Positions 1-11,422 of a stretch of DNA of 45,592 bases are shown piece by piece. The translations under genes and the position numbers were made by a program. The notes beneath the pieces were generated by a model, which did no database searches, was not told the DNA's origin, and saw nothing but the letters and a program-made list of their open reading frames with translations. Within the stretch, counting starts at the first letter, position 1. The number at the start of each line of letters is the position of its first letter. Source of the stretch: a virus. Taxonomy: Duplodnaviria; Caudoviricetes. The stretch spans positions 1-45,592 of IMG/VR virus record IMGVR_UViG_3300032218_001995. The stretch is one strand, 5' to 3'.

Positions 1-850
1 ATAGGTCCTTGACCACCACCAGGTCCAATAGGTCCAATAGGTCCTTGACCACCACCAGGACCAATAGGTCCAATGGGTCCTTGTGGTCCAGTTGGTCCAA
101 TTGGTCCAATTGGTCCAATAGGACCTTGGGGTCCATTGCTACCACCAGGTCCGATGGGTCCAATTGGTCCAATAGGTCCTTGTGGACCTCTTGCTCCAAC
201 AGCTACAATTGTCCAAGATGCCGCCGCCGTTGTACCAACGTTATAATCAGCAAGAATAGCAAAAGAAGTGCCACCCGTAATTATTAAAATTCCTTCAAAA
301 AAGTTTGCTGTCGTATTTATAGCACGAACTCTTGAACCTGTGGCAAAAGCACCCTGTTTATTTGTTGTAAGTGTAATTGTTCCAGTTGATGCTGGTGTTA
401 CAGTTGTTGTTGATGTAACACCATCATAACCTACACCAATAGGACCAATAGGACCGATGGGTCCTTGTGGTCCAATAGGTCCAATAGGACCGATGGGTCC
501 TTGTGGTCCAGTTGGTCCGGTTGTTCCAATAGGTCCAATTGGTCCAATAGGTCCTTGACCACCACCAGGACCAATAGGTCCAATGGGTCCAGTTGGTCCA
601 GTTGGCCCAATGGGTCCGATAGGTCCAATAGGACCAATGGGTCCTTGTGGTCCGATAGGTCCAATAGGTCCTTGTGGTCCAATAGGACCGATGGGTCCTT
701 GTGGTCCAATAGGTCCAATAGGACCGATGGGTCCTTGTGGTCCAATAGGTCCAATAGGACCGATGGGTCCTTGTGGTCCAGTTGGCCCAATGGGTCCGAT
801 AGGACCAATAGGACCGATAGGTCCTTGTGGACCTGATGGTCCTGCTTGAC
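1..850 (-). repeat. Collagen-like GPI/GPQ/GPT coding repeats in two blocks (~1-195 and ~435-850) separated by an ~80-aa globular spacer
   Basis: 9-nt units such as ggtccaata, ggaccgatg and ggtccttgt in tandem. Confidence 0.95.
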
Positions 851-3242
851 CTGCTCTAGTAAATTGTACCATCACCAAATCATTATTGGTGAATGTACCT
901 GCACCAGAAACGTATGTAAGTACAACTGTTCTATAACCAGTTGAGTTTGTTACTGTACCCGTAGCAAATACTGCATACTTAGTTGTTGGTGCACCGAATA
1001 CAGAAAGTCTGATATAACCTTTGGTTGCACCGTTTGCTTGACCCCACTCAGTGGTAATTGCAGAAATGTCATTACCATATGTGTCGAGGTCATCAAAATA
1101 ACCAGCGGTTACTGAAGCAATTGTTGCATTATTAAGTCTGAAGAAACCGTTACCCGGATCAGCGGCTGTAACTGTAGTTGAGTATTGTTGAGCAACACCA
1201 AGAACTGCACCAGAGTTAACAACGTTAGATGAAACTTTTGAGTTTACATCCAAACGCATATCGTTGATTGCATTGGCTGTTGCCGCAAGTGTTGTGCTTG
1301 TGCTTGTATTGGAAAAACTTAACTGTACAATACCGGCATTGTTTGTATTTGCTACATACTTTTCAGTAACGATTGTGTAGTATGTGTTTTGTTCTGCACC
1401 TGACGCACCATCAATAGAACGAATTCTCCATTGTTTACTTGCATTTTCAAATTGAATGTATGCGTTTGGTGTGAATGTTGCATTCGTATTTTCACCGCGG
1501 TTAATACCAAAGCGGCCAGTTTGTGATGCTGTAATTGGTGTCGAACCATACAAATCAAATTCATTTGAATTATAAATTGTACCACCTTCAATAACAAAGT
1601 TTCCTTTAACGGTGAAATCTTTACCAGCAATGATAGAATTGTTAGCAAAAATGTTATTTGCGTTTATCGATGGTGTGTAAATATCCGTATTAGCAGTTAA
1701 GAACTTTGTATTGATGTTATCTACAACAGAAATATATTGTACGTTGGCGGATTGTAAGTTGGCTACACCGTTAGATGTTAATTTAGCTGTGTATATCTGA
1801 GTAACTGCTGACAGTGAACCAGTGTTCATCGTGTTTGCATTAACAGTGCCAACAACGTTAGCGGAGCCAGCATTCAATGTGGTGTTAGCCGTAATTGTAC
1901 CACCAATTAATCCGGTGTTAGCAATGATGTTTCCACCTTGGATTCTGGTGGAGAATGATTCTGTTGTCGTTACATAAGAATTCGAATTCAACGACATTAC
2001 ATATGCATTACTGGATGTATACAGAGATGCAGTATTCACAAAGCTATTAGAAGAAACGGAACCAACGTTTAACTGACCAGCAAGAACTGCCGCTAATGCT
2101 ACATTCAATGTTCCCAATGATGTAATGGATGTGTTAGCAATCAGTGCCTTGGCATTAACCGATGTATCGGCATAAATGGTTTGTGTATTAATATATGAGT
2201 TGGCAGAAATAAAACCAACGTTTAGTTGTGTTGCTAATACAGCCGCTGATGCAACGTTAAGTGTACCGAGTGAGGTGATGGAACTGTTAGCATTAATTGT
2301 TCCAACGTTTGCCGTATTAGCATAAACAATACCTGTGTTAACGTATGAGTTGGCAGAAATAGAACCAACGTTTAACTGACCCGCTAGAACTGCCGCTGAT
2401 GCAACATTAAGTGTACCAAGTGATATAATGGAACTGTTGGCAATAAGTGACTTGGCATTAACCGATGTGTCAGCATAAATTGTTTGTGTATTAATATAAG
2501 AGTTGGCTGAAATGGAGCCAACGTTTAGTTGACCAGCAAGAACTGCGGCAGAAGCAACGTTTAATGTTCCTAATGATGTAATAGAACTATTAGCACTGAT
2601 TGTTCCAACGTTTGCCGTATTAGCGTAAACAATACCTGTGTTAACAAAAGAATTTGCAGTGATTGAAAATGCGTTAATTGTACCGGAAATGTTAGCACGA
2701 CCAGCATTAATTTCCACGTTTGCTGTTAAGGTTTGTGTATAGTCGGACGTTGAATACAAAGTTTGAGCTTGCATCCAAGTATTGGAAATAAGGTTGGCAA
2801 CTCTTGTATTTCCACCAACAACCAAATTGTTTGCGACTCTTACATTACCATTAAGGGTAGTATTATTTGCAACATAAAGGCTAGGACCACCTGCATTATT
2901 CAGGCCTGTGCCCATAATTTGTAAGTTTGCTATGTTAGCAACACCGGCGATGTTAAGTCCAAGACCAATAGAATTGGCAGCATATATCGTACCAAGAGAA
3001 ACTGTTAGGTTGTTTTGAATCGTTGCCGAAGAACCTGTACCAGTAACTTGGAAAGAACCTTGCACAATCGCATCATTTGCAACCTGAAGACCAGTTCCGG
3101 TGGAATTGATAATGAAAGTACCAGTATTTTTGGTGTAATTGTTGGCACCAATATCATTGGTCTCCGCCAATACTCTATTGGTTGTAGTTACCCAATCACC
3201 AAATGTGTTGGCATAGTTTAGTGGTGTAATTTGATTAGCCAT
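1..3242 (-). CDS. Large tail fibre-like protein with collagen (Gly-X-Y) repeats; runs off the window start (3' partial)
   Basis: Absent from the ORF track because there is no stop in the window. ATG at 3242 ([20 protein letters not shown]...). Frame checked at ~850 ([20 protein letters not shown]) and at 3-29 (IGPGGGQGP). Asn/Thr/Ser-rich beta-type repeats followed by GPI/GPQ collagen. Confidence 0.85.
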   Translation of the reverse strand, partial: MANQITPLNYANTFGDWVTTTNRVLAETNDIGANNYTKNTGTFIINSTGTGLQVANDAIVQGSFQVTGTGSSATIQNNLTVSLGTIYAANSIGLGLNIAGVANIANLQIMGTGLNNAGGPSLYVANNTTLNGNVRVANNLVVGGNTRVANLISNTWMQAQTLYSTSDYTQTLTANVEINAGRANISGTINAFSITANSFVNTGIVYANTANVGTISANSSITSLGTLNVASAAVLAGQLNVGSISANSYINTQTIYADTSVNAKSLIANSSIISLGTLNVASAAVLAGQLNVGSISANSYVNTGIVYANTANVGTINANSSITSLGTLNVASAAVLATQLNVGFISANSYINTQTIYADTSVNAKALIANTSITSLGTLNVALAAVLAGQLNVGSVSSNSFVNTASLYTSSNAYVMSLNSNSYVTTTESFSTRIQGGNIIANTGLIGGTITANTTLNAGSANVVGTVNANTMNTGSLSAVTQIYTAKLTSNGVANLQSANVQYISVVDNINTKFLTANTDIYTPSINANNIFANNSIIAGKDFTVKGNFVIEGGTIYNSNEFDLYGSTPITASQTGRFGINRGENTNATFTPNAYIQFENASKQWRIRSIDGASGAEQNTYYTIVTEKYVANTNNAGIVQLSFSNTSTSTTLAATANAINDMRLDVNSKVSSNVVNSGAVLGVAQQYSTTVTAADPGNGFFRLNNATIASVTAGYFDDLDTYGNDISAITTEWGQANGATKGYIRLSVFGAPTTKYAVFATGTVTNSTGYRTVVLTYVSGAGTFTNNDLVMVQFTRAGQAGPSGPQGPIGPIGPIGPIGPTGPQGPIGPIGPIGPQGPIGPIGPIGPQGPIGPIGPQGPIGPIGPQGPIGPIGPIGPIGPTGPTGPIGPIGPGGGQGPIGPIGPIGTTGPTGPQGPIGPIGPIGPQGPIGPIGPIGVGYDGVTSTTTVTPASTGTITLTTNKQGAFATGSRVRAINTTANFFEGILIITGGTSFAILADYNVGTTAAASWTIVAVGARGPQGPIGPIGPIGPGGSNGPQGPIGPIGPIGPTGPQGPIGPIGPGGGQGPIGPIGPGGGQGP
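2040..2660 (-). repeat. Four ~50-51-aa internal repeats in the fibre protein (alternating A/B types)
   Basis: Motif aacgttta recurs at 2064, 2217, 2367 and 2520 (periods 153/150/153 nt); peptide unit [10 protein letters not shown]...[17 protein letters not shown]. Confidence 0.85.
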
Positions 3243-3462
3243 TTCCGCCTTTACCTATTAATTGCTTCAGCAAATCTTTAATATCATTAACATCATTTTT
3301 TATTGATGAAATTTCTGTCTTTATGTTATTTATTTCTTCTTTTTGCAAGGTCATCATTCTAACTTTAGAATAATAATCATCTCTAGCGGCACTGTCTTTG
3401 TTCAACAATGCCATAGATTTTGTGTCACGCACAAATTTAGAATCTTTTACATCAACCAACAT
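3235..3462 (-). CDS. Small conserved hypothetical protein (coiled-coil C-terminus) typical downstream of VrlC-like genes
   Basis: [12 protein letters not shown] motif, heptad C-terminus, tight coupling with both neighbours. Confidence 0.75.
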   Translation of the reverse strand: MLVDVKDSKFVRDTKSMALLNKDSAARDDYYSKVRMMTLQKEEINNIKTEISSIKNDVNDIKDLLKQLIGKGGNG

Positions 3463-3463
3463 A

Positions 3464-6400
3464 TTAAATACCAGAAGGTAATGCTAAAACACGAAGGTCA
3501 TGTATGATTGGCGTCTTTGTTGTATCTGATGTTGCAAGAACAATCTTAATTGCAAATTGGCCAAATGTAGTAAACGTTGAACCGCTGGTACTTGTATAAG
3601 AAACTTGGTTGTTTGCTTGACCACCAATACCAGGTGCGGCAACATATTCTCTAATGTCATCTCTGTTTAATGAGAATGAATTTGGAGACTCACCAACGTT
3701 TGTCATTAGTATCCAGTTTTGGTCACTCAGATTTACCGTATCATTGTTATTCAACAGTTTGTAATACACATACACTTGTGAACCAAGTGGTTTGTATGCT
3801 GTGTAATATACTCTGAGGTCACCAGAAGTATTGTCAACCGACAATATAACAGGTTTTGTTATATATCTAGCCAATCCATTGCCACCTTTTGAAGATGTTT
3901 CACCGGAAACAACTGCTGTAGCTGAATAACCACCACCATTGGCCGCAATTGTAATTGTTGGTGTTTCAATGTAACCGGAACCTGGTGTTGTAACAATAAG
4001 TTTGTCTACATAGTAACCGCTTGTTGCTGGATTATATACCATATTAGCAGAAGCATACGCTTGTGCTCCACCGCTTGCTGATGGTGCAGAAATTGTAACC
4101 GCTGGAGGTGTTGAAGTGTAGTTTGCAGTCACACCAACAGTGTTACCGCTTGTTACGTTAATATCTGTATTAGACAACGACATGTTGTTAATGGAATACT
4201 TAATAACATAAACAGAAGTTCCATCATCAGCAACAACAGGAGAAACATATTGGTCTGTTGTTGTCATTGATGCTGTCAAAACAAATGATGAAGATGAGTT
4301 TGAATCAATAACTCTCGAACCTTTTCCATCATCCAAATAAATGTGGTCGGGCATTGTCGTACCATATCTACCTGGTTGAATATCTCTTGTTGAATCTGTT
4401 GAATAATCAGAATATATTTTTGGTGTGTAAGTATAAGATAATGATGTTCCTGTTGGTGTAAAATCGGTAACAGTTACGTTAAACGCATCAGCACGAACAT
4501 CTCTACCAAAATAATTACCGTCCAAGTTTGTCAAATTGTTTGCATTATTTGCAAAATATTCCAAATCGGACGTTACCAGTTTTCTCATTGGTACTTGTTT
4601 TGGTACAATATATTGAACTGTTGGTGTTGCCAATTTATTGAACACGCAATTATCAATTACAAACATCATTTGTTTTGTTTGGTCGGCAGTCCATGTAATA
4701 CCGTTTTGAGACTCAAACAACGAACCAATGTATGGTGTTCCACCAATTTTCGTCAATGTTGTTGGTGTTGCATCTGTTGGAAGATTCTTAACTGAAGAAG
4801 AAACTGCGATAGCATTTTGTGCCGCAACCCAAACTTCATAGTCTGGAGTTGTTGTTTGGAGAACAAAAGCATACAGATTACCGGATCTAATATAAACAGG
4901 AGCATCGAAGGTGAATTCGGTGTATGTAGATGAATCCAAATATTGTGGAGTGGAAGAAACGTTAATCTCTTGTGCAGTTTTTACCACTAATGTGCCATCA
5001 ATTGCTTGACCATCAGGATAACCATTCACCGTATCTGTAATAAACATTTTCACAGGTGGAGAATTCGTTTCAGTTGGTTTTGATTTGAAATAAATCTTAA
5101 TCGATTTAATAAATGCACCATTTGGATATGTTGCTTTATCAATTATAAATGTTTGTGCAACTGGATCAACATTATAAGAATATTGATTAATCAAAACATT
5201 GTATCGATTTTGTATTGAAGTGAATACAGTTGATTTGGCAGCCGCCTGAACTGTTGCACCAAAATTCAATGATTGGCTTTTCGTTGCAAGAGAAGATGCA
5301 GTAAAGATACCTTGTGCAAAAGATGTAGCAGAATTTGGATCATAATCTGTTGTCCTATTATCAATCCTCAATAGTCTATCGCCAGTTTTGAATGTATTGG
5401 CTGGGATTTGGAAAATACCACAGAAATTACCTTGCTCATCTGTAGAAAGCATAGGAACTTTTGCTGAACTACCAGCTTGAGAAATCAAATATGAAGTACC
5501 CGAAATAGAATAACTAGAATTAATTCTACCTTTTACGGAAGGTTGTCCATAAGTTGTTTGGTTCGTTCCAACAGAAATATTTACTGTCGTGCCAAGTGTT
5601 GCAACTTTTGTTGTTCCATTGTATGCTGTAATTGTGGCTGAATAATACTCATTTTTATTTTCCCATGTTGTTACATCACCATAAACGTCTTCTAGCCACT
5701 GACCCCATTCATCTCCAACCCATTGTTGACCAATTTTTGCCCTAGTAACAATGGCTCTTTGGTTTACTGTAGTGATATTAATTTTTGAGCCAACATAAAA
5801 ATCTGTTGTTGATGATGCTGTTGGTCCAAGTGTAACAGTCGTTGCACTTGTATAATACGAACCACCACCAGGCAATGTAGAAACTGTACCACCTGATGTT
5901 TGAATTTCTCCACTTAAAGAAATTTGAGTGGCTGTTGCACCAGAATATGTACCCGATGCTGTATATCCAGTGTATGCACCAGTTTGGTCATATCTAGCAT
6001 TTTGCATAGTCCCCGTTGTAGAATATACAGTAGACTTTCTATCAGAAGAAACATATAGTCTAACAGAAGTTGAACTCAACTTTGTTACGGAAACAATACG
6101 TGCTGTAGGAGTAAATGTTCCTCCGCTGTAAAAACCAACAACATCACCATCGCTAAATGTTCCAGTAACACCTGTCAAAGTAATTTCATTTGCTTGTACA
6201 AAATAATCATTTACTTTTTGATTGTCAAAGAACACAGAAACGGGAGTATTAATCTTCATACCTTTGGCACGAACGATTAAGTTTTGTCCACGAATGTATG
6301 GCAATAAAGTCACATCTGTCAAGTACGTTCCATTCAACGAACTTACCTTATCATAGTTTCCTGAAACTGTTTGTTGTGATTGACTTTGATATGTGCTTAC

Positions 6401-9400
6401 AGTAACAGTTCTTCCGGCTTGTGTTTTTGAATCATAAGTTGTTCCGGGAATTGCTTGCCAATCTGTGGCAGACAACTGATTAAGGGTTGTACCAGCCTGA
6501 TAAATTGACATATTTGGATCGGTGATAAGAATATCAGGATCTTTTGTTGTAGAAATCCACATGTCCATTGGTGGATTGATATCTAACAAACCTTCACCAA
6601 CAGTAACTGCAAAAGGATTCAAACTGATTGTATTACTTGCTATTTTTTGTACTGCTAAATTTGCTGTAGTATATGGCAAAGTAATTAACGTTGAAGCACC
6701 ACCAGTTGATGTGTGATACTTGTAACCCAATGCTGTTTGAGTAGCATCTGATAGATTACCATAGGCATTGAAACCGTCTTTAGCAAACAAAGGAGCGTTC
6801 AATACCCAATCTGTTGCAGTCATGAATGAAAGGCGTTTGTTAATCTTTGCGGAGTAATCTGGATTTCCAGTGTCGGCTGTAGAAAAACTTGTAAAGTTAT
6901 CAACAAGAATACCATTTTTAAATCTATTCAAGCCTCTTGCATCAGGAATTTGTAAGTCGGCCGCTTGTTTTTCCAACAAACTCAATGATGTATAGTATTC
7001 AATATTATTAACACGTGTTTGTAGGTCTGAAATATCCGACATGGCCCAACGCTTATGTTGCACCTTTTCGAAAGAAAGGTTTGGCATAATACGTGATGTT
7101 GAATCACCTGGTAAATATGCTGTATAAGGATCAAGAGTAATTTTTCCTAACAACAGGCTTCCGTCCGGTGTTGATGGGAAAGTTGGACTGTTTGCAGGCT
7201 TACCGTTAATAATTGCAAAATTATTGTCTTTAGTTAGAACAAGAAGGTCTTTTCTACCAAGATAATGTGTATAGTCGGTTATAAAGTTTGTCAAATCTTG
7301 TGGTAGAAGTGCGCCACCTGTTGTAGAAATTGAACCTGAATAACGGAATGCAAAAGTTGATTGTGCATTAACTTGTGATAGTCGGAAATCAATCGCATCT
7401 CTCAACAAATATGTTATGCCGGACTTGGCGGTGTATGAACCGATTTGAGCATAACTTTCGGGTTTAGTTGAAACACCACCATCACTAGCACCAAGATAGG
7501 AATTAATTGAGAAATAGCCATCACCACCAGAATGTAAATAATAATCAAGCAACACAAGTAATGCACCTTTAGGTTGTGGTGCACCTGGTTTTAATTTGAT
7601 TGATGAGTGACCATAATAACTGTCTGTTTGACCATTATCAAACAAGAAATTGTTTGTAACATCATATGCAGAATTCGACAACATTGAATCGGTTGGTACT
7701 GTGGTTGGCGTTCCAGTATCAATAATTTTAACGATACGCTTAACGTCAGAGATATACAATAATTGTTTTGAACCTGGAGTAACCAAGTTTGCATATGGAA
7801 TATAAACTTGTGAGTTAGTTAAATCAACACGAACACCACCCACGCTTGTACCAGAAAGATTGACGTTTGTGGTATTTGCTGTTGTTAAATTTTTCGACTT
7901 TAATGCAAGTGCTGTTGTTGCACCGTTTGTAACCGCAACTTTTGCAAGGATTGTTGCGGTAAATGTGGAACTTCCTGCTGTAAGTGTAGCAATCTTTTTG
8001 GTCGAATCAAGTTCAATCTTACGTGTTGCAGAACCTGTTGTAAAGTTAATTACGTTACCTGTACCAAAACCACTGGCTGCACCATCGGTAACAACAACAA
8101 TCCAGTTAGCTTGTGCTTCAGAAGCAGACTGAATTGCGGATGCTGTGCCATTAAATGTCAAATCAGCAGTACCCAAGTTAAATTGTGCTACGCCGGATGC
8201 AAATGATACGGTTCGAGTTGTTTTCCAAGAACTATAAGAAGTATCGGATAGGTTGTACAAATATGGATAACCCACAGTAAACAACAATTCTTCAGATACA
8301 CCATTCCAAAGAACAGTGTTTGCACTGCTTACGTTATTTGGAAACTTTCCAAGAGCAGGATCAATACCAGCAGATGCAGACCTATTGAAACCTGTGGAAG
8401 TTGGAACCACCATCATATTATAATTTTTGGTATCAAATCTGAGTGAGAAGGTTGAACTTGAAGTTGGTGTAACAATGAAAGGATTTTCCATTGTTGCAGT
8501 TTTAGTTGCTTGGTTGTATGAAACAATTCTTCCGGAATAACCAGCACCTGGACCAGAATCAATAGTTAGTGTTACATTGTAATATGTGTTAGCAACTGTA
8601 CCATTAAATTTGCCGGTTGTGTCTGTAAAAACAACGTTGCTTGATGTTGCGGAAGATACAGTACCTGTCAACACAGCATTTTGAAAATCGGAAACGTATG
8701 CCTTATACACATAAGATTGTGTGTTAGCAGAATCTGATGAAGAACCATATGATAACCCACGTAAATAACCGGAGCCAACTTTAGTTGAATTATATGTTAC
8801 TGTATTTGTTGTTACAAGTGAACTGTTAGCATTGATACAGTGAAAGTCTACAGCAACAACAGAAGAAGTATCGAACACACCGTTGGCATTATTTACATAC
8901 AAATAATTTCCATAATCTACCGACAAATAATTGTTGTTAACAAATTCGGTTGTTCTCGCACGTGTTGTTTCGAGTGTAGTGTCGAGTGTATTTTCTACAC
9001 GATATCCCTTGTTGTATGCAACACCCTTACCAACCTGCAACTGATATGTTGTATTAGAATTTCCAGCAGTTGTGTTTGCTTTTGGAATAACTTTAAAATC
9101 TTGAACAACGAAGTCGCCGTTTGTATCATAAGTTCTTTTGGCAAAGTAATCATTGATAACACCATAAACTGTACCGTCCACAAGGCGTTGTACTGTACCA
9201 TCTGTGATACGGGTGAGTTCAATGAATCCTGAATCGGAACCAAGAGCAATATTTTTGGTATCTAATGTTAGTGTAATTGTGTAACGGTCAGCGCCAGGTG
9301 CTTGATAGTTTGTTGCGCCAACGGCAGGATCCAACAAAGCAGGATCAGTTACATAATCAGAAACATATTCCGAAATAGATAAACCAATACGTTTTGTTGG

Positions 9401-10024
9401 TGTGTTTCCATATTTCTGTACAATAATTGTTTGTGGTTGCACCGAAACAAAGTTACCAATTGAGTAACGTGAATATGTTCCGTCATTGTTTTGTACATCA
9501 GAGAACGAATAACCATTTACGATGTAGAAGACACCTTCAGAAATCGATGCTGTACACGATAGACCAGTAAAATTAGTTGGAACAATTTGTGCTGTCGTTG
9601 TTGTAGAAGAAGAATAGATTACATCACCAGCAGAAAATTGTTTTCCAGACAGATATGTAACAATAAGTGTGGGTGAATCTGTAGTTGTTGCTTCTTCTGT
9701 AGCTATAACTTTAGCGTACACTGTACCTGAACTATCTATGATAATTTGATTTAAAAAATCTGATGCGACAATATCATTATCATTGTACGTTGTATTCAAC
9801 TTTAAATAAACAGCATTTGTGTTTATTGTAACTTGGCCACCAGAAACAGGAGTGTTCTGTTTAAAAATGTGATTAGCAAATTTACTAATCTGGTCCTGTA
9901 AAATGGTTTGAGATTGTGTTAATTCTCTGGCCTGTACTGCACGACCTGGACGGAATAAAATTCTGTGGTAGTGGTTATTTGGGTCGAAATCGTCATAGTA
10001 TGGATCGACATTGAAGTTAAGCAT
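3464..10024 (-). CDS. VrlC-like / DUF4815 large virion structural protein
   Basis: N-terminus FNVDPYYDDFD...ILFRPGRAVQARELTQSQTILQ; internal NIEYYTSLSLLE, RFKNGILVDNF and DPVAQTF motifs of this family in T4-like phages; 2186 aa. Confidence 0.85.
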   Translation of the reverse strand: MLNFNVDPYYDDFDPNNHYHRILFRPGRAVQARELTQSQTILQDQISKFANHIFKQNTPVSGGQVTINTNAVYLKLNTTYNDNDIVASDFLNQIIIDSSGTVYAKVIATEEATTTDSPTLIVTYLSGKQFSAGDVIYSSSTTTTAQIVPTNFTGLSCTASISEGVFYIVNGYSFSDVQNNDGTYSRYSIGNFVSVQPQTIIVQKYGNTPTKRIGLSISEYVSDYVTDPALLDPAVGATNYQAPGADRYTITLTLDTKNIALGSDSGFIELTRITDGTVQRLVDGTVYGVINDYFAKRTYDTNGDFVVQDFKVIPKANTTAGNSNTTYQLQVGKGVAYNKGYRVENTLDTTLETTRARTTEFVNNNYLSVDYGNYLYVNNANGVFDTSSVVAVDFHCINANSSLVTTNTVTYNSTKVGSGYLRGLSYGSSSDSANTQSYVYKAYVSDFQNAVLTGTVSSATSSNVVFTDTTGKFNGTVANTYYNVTLTIDSGPGAGYSGRIVSYNQATKTATMENPFIVTPTSSSTFSLRFDTKNYNMMVVPTSTGFNRSASAGIDPALGKFPNNVSSANTVLWNGVSEELLFTVGYPYLYNLSDTSYSSWKTTRTVSFASGVAQFNLGTADLTFNGTASAIQSASEAQANWIVVVTDGAASGFGTGNVINFTTGSATRKIELDSTKKIATLTAGSSTFTATILAKVAVTNGATTALALKSKNLTTANTTNVNLSGTSVGGVRVDLTNSQVYIPYANLVTPGSKQLLYISDVKRIVKIIDTGTPTTVPTDSMLSNSAYDVTNNFLFDNGQTDSYYGHSSIKLKPGAPQPKGALLVLLDYYLHSGGDGYFSINSYLGASDGGVSTKPESYAQIGSYTAKSGITYLLRDAIDFRLSQVNAQSTFAFRYSGSISTTGGALLPQDLTNFITDYTHYLGRKDLLVLTKDNNFAIINGKPANSPTFPSTPDGSLLLGKITLDPYTAYLPGDSTSRIMPNLSFEKVQHKRWAMSDISDLQTRVNNIEYYTSLSLLEKQAADLQIPDARGLNRFKNGILVDNFTSFSTADTGNPDYSAKINKRLSFMTATDWVLNAPLFAKDGFNAYGNLSDATQTALGYKYHTSTGGASTLITLPYTTANLAVQKIASNTISLNPFAVTVGEGLLDINPPMDMWISTTKDPDILITDPNMSIYQAGTTLNQLSATDWQAIPGTTYDSKTQAGRTVTVSTYQSQSQQTVSGNYDKVSSLNGTYLTDVTLLPYIRGQNLIVRAKGMKINTPVSVFFDNQKVNDYFVQANEITLTGVTGTFSDGDVVGFYSGGTFTPTARIVSVTKLSSTSVRLYVSSDRKSTVYSTTGTMQNARYDQTGAYTGYTASGTYSGATATQISLSGEIQTSGGTVSTLPGGGSYYTSATTVTLGPTASSTTDFYVGSKINITTVNQRAIVTRAKIGQQWVGDEWGQWLEDVYGDVTTWENKNEYYSATITAYNGTTKVATLGTTVNISVGTNQTTYGQPSVKGRINSSYSISGTSYLISQAGSSAKVPMLSTDEQGNFCGIFQIPANTFKTGDRLLRIDNRTTDYDPNSATSFAQGIFTASSLATKSQSLNFGATVQAAAKSTVFTSIQNRYNVLINQYSYNVDPVAQTFIIDKATYPNGAFIKSIKIYFKSKPTETNSPPVKMFITDTVNGYPDGQAIDGTLVVKTAQEINVSSTPQYLDSSTYTEFTFDAPVYIRSGNLYAFVLQTTTPDYEVWVAAQNAIAVSSSVKNLPTDATPTTLTKIGGTPYIGSLFESQNGITWTADQTKQMMFVIDNCVFNKLATPTVQYIVPKQVPMRKLVTSDLEYFANNANNLTNLDGNYFGRDVRADAFNVTVTDFTPTGTSLSYTYTPKIYSDYSTDSTRDIQPGRYGTTMPDHIYLDDGKGSRVIDSNSSSSFVLTASMTTTDQYVSPVVADDGTSVYVIKYSINNMSLSNTDINVTSGNTVGVTANYTSTPPAVTISAPSASGGAQAYASANMVYNPATSGYYVDKLIVTTPGSGYIETPTITIAANGGGYSATAVVSGETSSKGGNGLARYITKPVILSVDNTSGDLRVYYTAYKPLGSQVYVYYKLLNNNDTVNLSDQNWILMTNVGESPNSFSLNRDDIREYVAAPGIGGQANNQVSYTSTSGSTFTTFGQFAIKIVLATSDTTKTPIIHDLRVLALPSGI

Positions 10025-10033
10025 TTTTGTCCT

Positions 10034-11410
10034 TTAGTATCCTAAAACCAATTTAAATATTTCTGAACCGTCCACATTTCTTTGCACTGGTTCTCTATTT
10101 TCTAAGTAAGTCAAATAACCCGAAAACGGTATAAAATCTGGTATTTGTTGCTGAACAACAACCCTTGCTGTTCCTGTTGTTGCGCCATAAATTAACGCAC
10201 TATTATTGGCAACTCCCTGTGTATTTATTAGCTTTAAAGTATTGGATGCCGAATCGAAACTTAAAACTGTTGCAGAATATGTTGCTGAAGATAACAATCC
10301 ATTCGGTGATTGATATACTGTCTCATCTGGTGTATATAAACCAAAACCTTGTGAGACAATAAAATCGGTGGTTGTTTTGTAAATATCTGCATTTGCTCGG
10401 CCAGTAATAGTTCCAAAATAAGCATATGGATTTACAAGAATACCAATTTGTCTAAAATCAATATCAGTGGGAAGTTTACCGCTTTCATCTTTTGTAAATC
10501 TTGCAGTCATCATAACATGTCTAGTACCTAACTCAGATACAATATCATATCCATGTCCACCAATAGGTGATGATGGTGCAATAGCTACTGCACCGGAACC
10601 CAAAGATGAGGATATTGAAACGTTTGCATATGAATAATTTGATCCAGTATTTGCTACGACAATATCTGTTATTGAACCGGAAACAACTGTAGCATTTGCT
10701 GTTGCATAACGACCGTCACCTGTAACTGTAACAGTAATAGTAGCATTCGAAGGATCGTATCCAGTTCCACCATTCGTCACATTAATTACATCAATGCTTC
10801 CACGTCCAGCAAAAGAGGAGAATGGATTTGGAATGTGTGAAGATATTGGAACTGGCATCCATGCATCATCCATAAACTTCAGTTTGTTACCTGAAGTAAT
10901 GGTGTACATGTATTTCCATTTATAATTATCCGCACCTTGATAAATCTGGTTCGCATTAAAAGTTCCAGGTTCAAAGTACGGTTCAGTTGTTGCAGTTCCA
11001 CCGTTATTATTCCAAAGGCATTTAAAAACCTGGTCAAAACGATTTCTAACGTAAAAGCGTTTTAAAATAGTTCCATTAACATCCAATTCAAACATGTTAG
11101 TTGAATCATCATAATATGAATAAATTTCACCTGAAGTCCAATTAATTCTTTCTATTACTGGACACATATCATTAGATGATATCTTTTTTGCAACAAACAT
11201 ATTTTTAAATGTATCCTTTAGATACTTTTGGTCTTCTGTTGGTGTCGGAGGTAAAGATTCGGAAGTCCAAGGTTTTACACGGGACAAAAAGCAATAAAAA
11301 GAACCAAGAGATTGACCAGTTGTTGCAATCGTTGCAATAGGTGAATAATAAACGGCTGAAGTTTGATATGCACCGTTTTGGTTAGTTATAATACCTGTAT
11401 TTGCTGACAT
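10034..11410 (-). CDS. gp8: Baseplate wedge subunit gp8
   Basis: VFKCLWNN...EP...DNYKWKYMYTI, PIGGHG, DFRQIGILVNP, YLENREPVQR motifs; synteny. Confidence 0.85.
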   Translation of the reverse strand: MSANTGIITNQNGAYQTSAVYYSPIATIATTGQSLGSFYCFLSRVKPWTSESLPPTPTEDQKYLKDTFKNMFVAKKISSNDMCPVIERINWTSGEIYSYYDDSTNMFELDVNGTILKRFYVRNRFDQVFKCLWNNNGGTATTEPYFEPGTFNANQIYQGADNYKWKYMYTITSGNKLKFMDDAWMPVPISSHIPNPFSSFAGRGSIDVINVTNGGTGYDPSNATITVTVTGDGRYATANATVVSGSITDIVVANTGSNYSYANVSISSSLGSGAVAIAPSSPIGGHGYDIVSELGTRHVMMTARFTKDESGKLPTDIDFRQIGILVNPYAYFGTITGRANADIYKTTTDFIVSQGFGLYTPDETVYQSPNGLLSSATYSATVLSFDSASNTLKLINTQGVANNSALIYGATTGTARVVVQQQIPDFIPFSGYLTYLENREPVQRNVDGSEIFKLVLGY

Positions 11411-11422
11411 TATATAATCCTA

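Noticed and set aside
9-849. Plus-strand collagen-like ORF (583..849) and other repetitive ORFs
   Set aside because: GGN-CCN codon pairs are self-complementary, so the antisense of GP-collagen also reads GPx. These are shadows of the minus-strand fibre gene.
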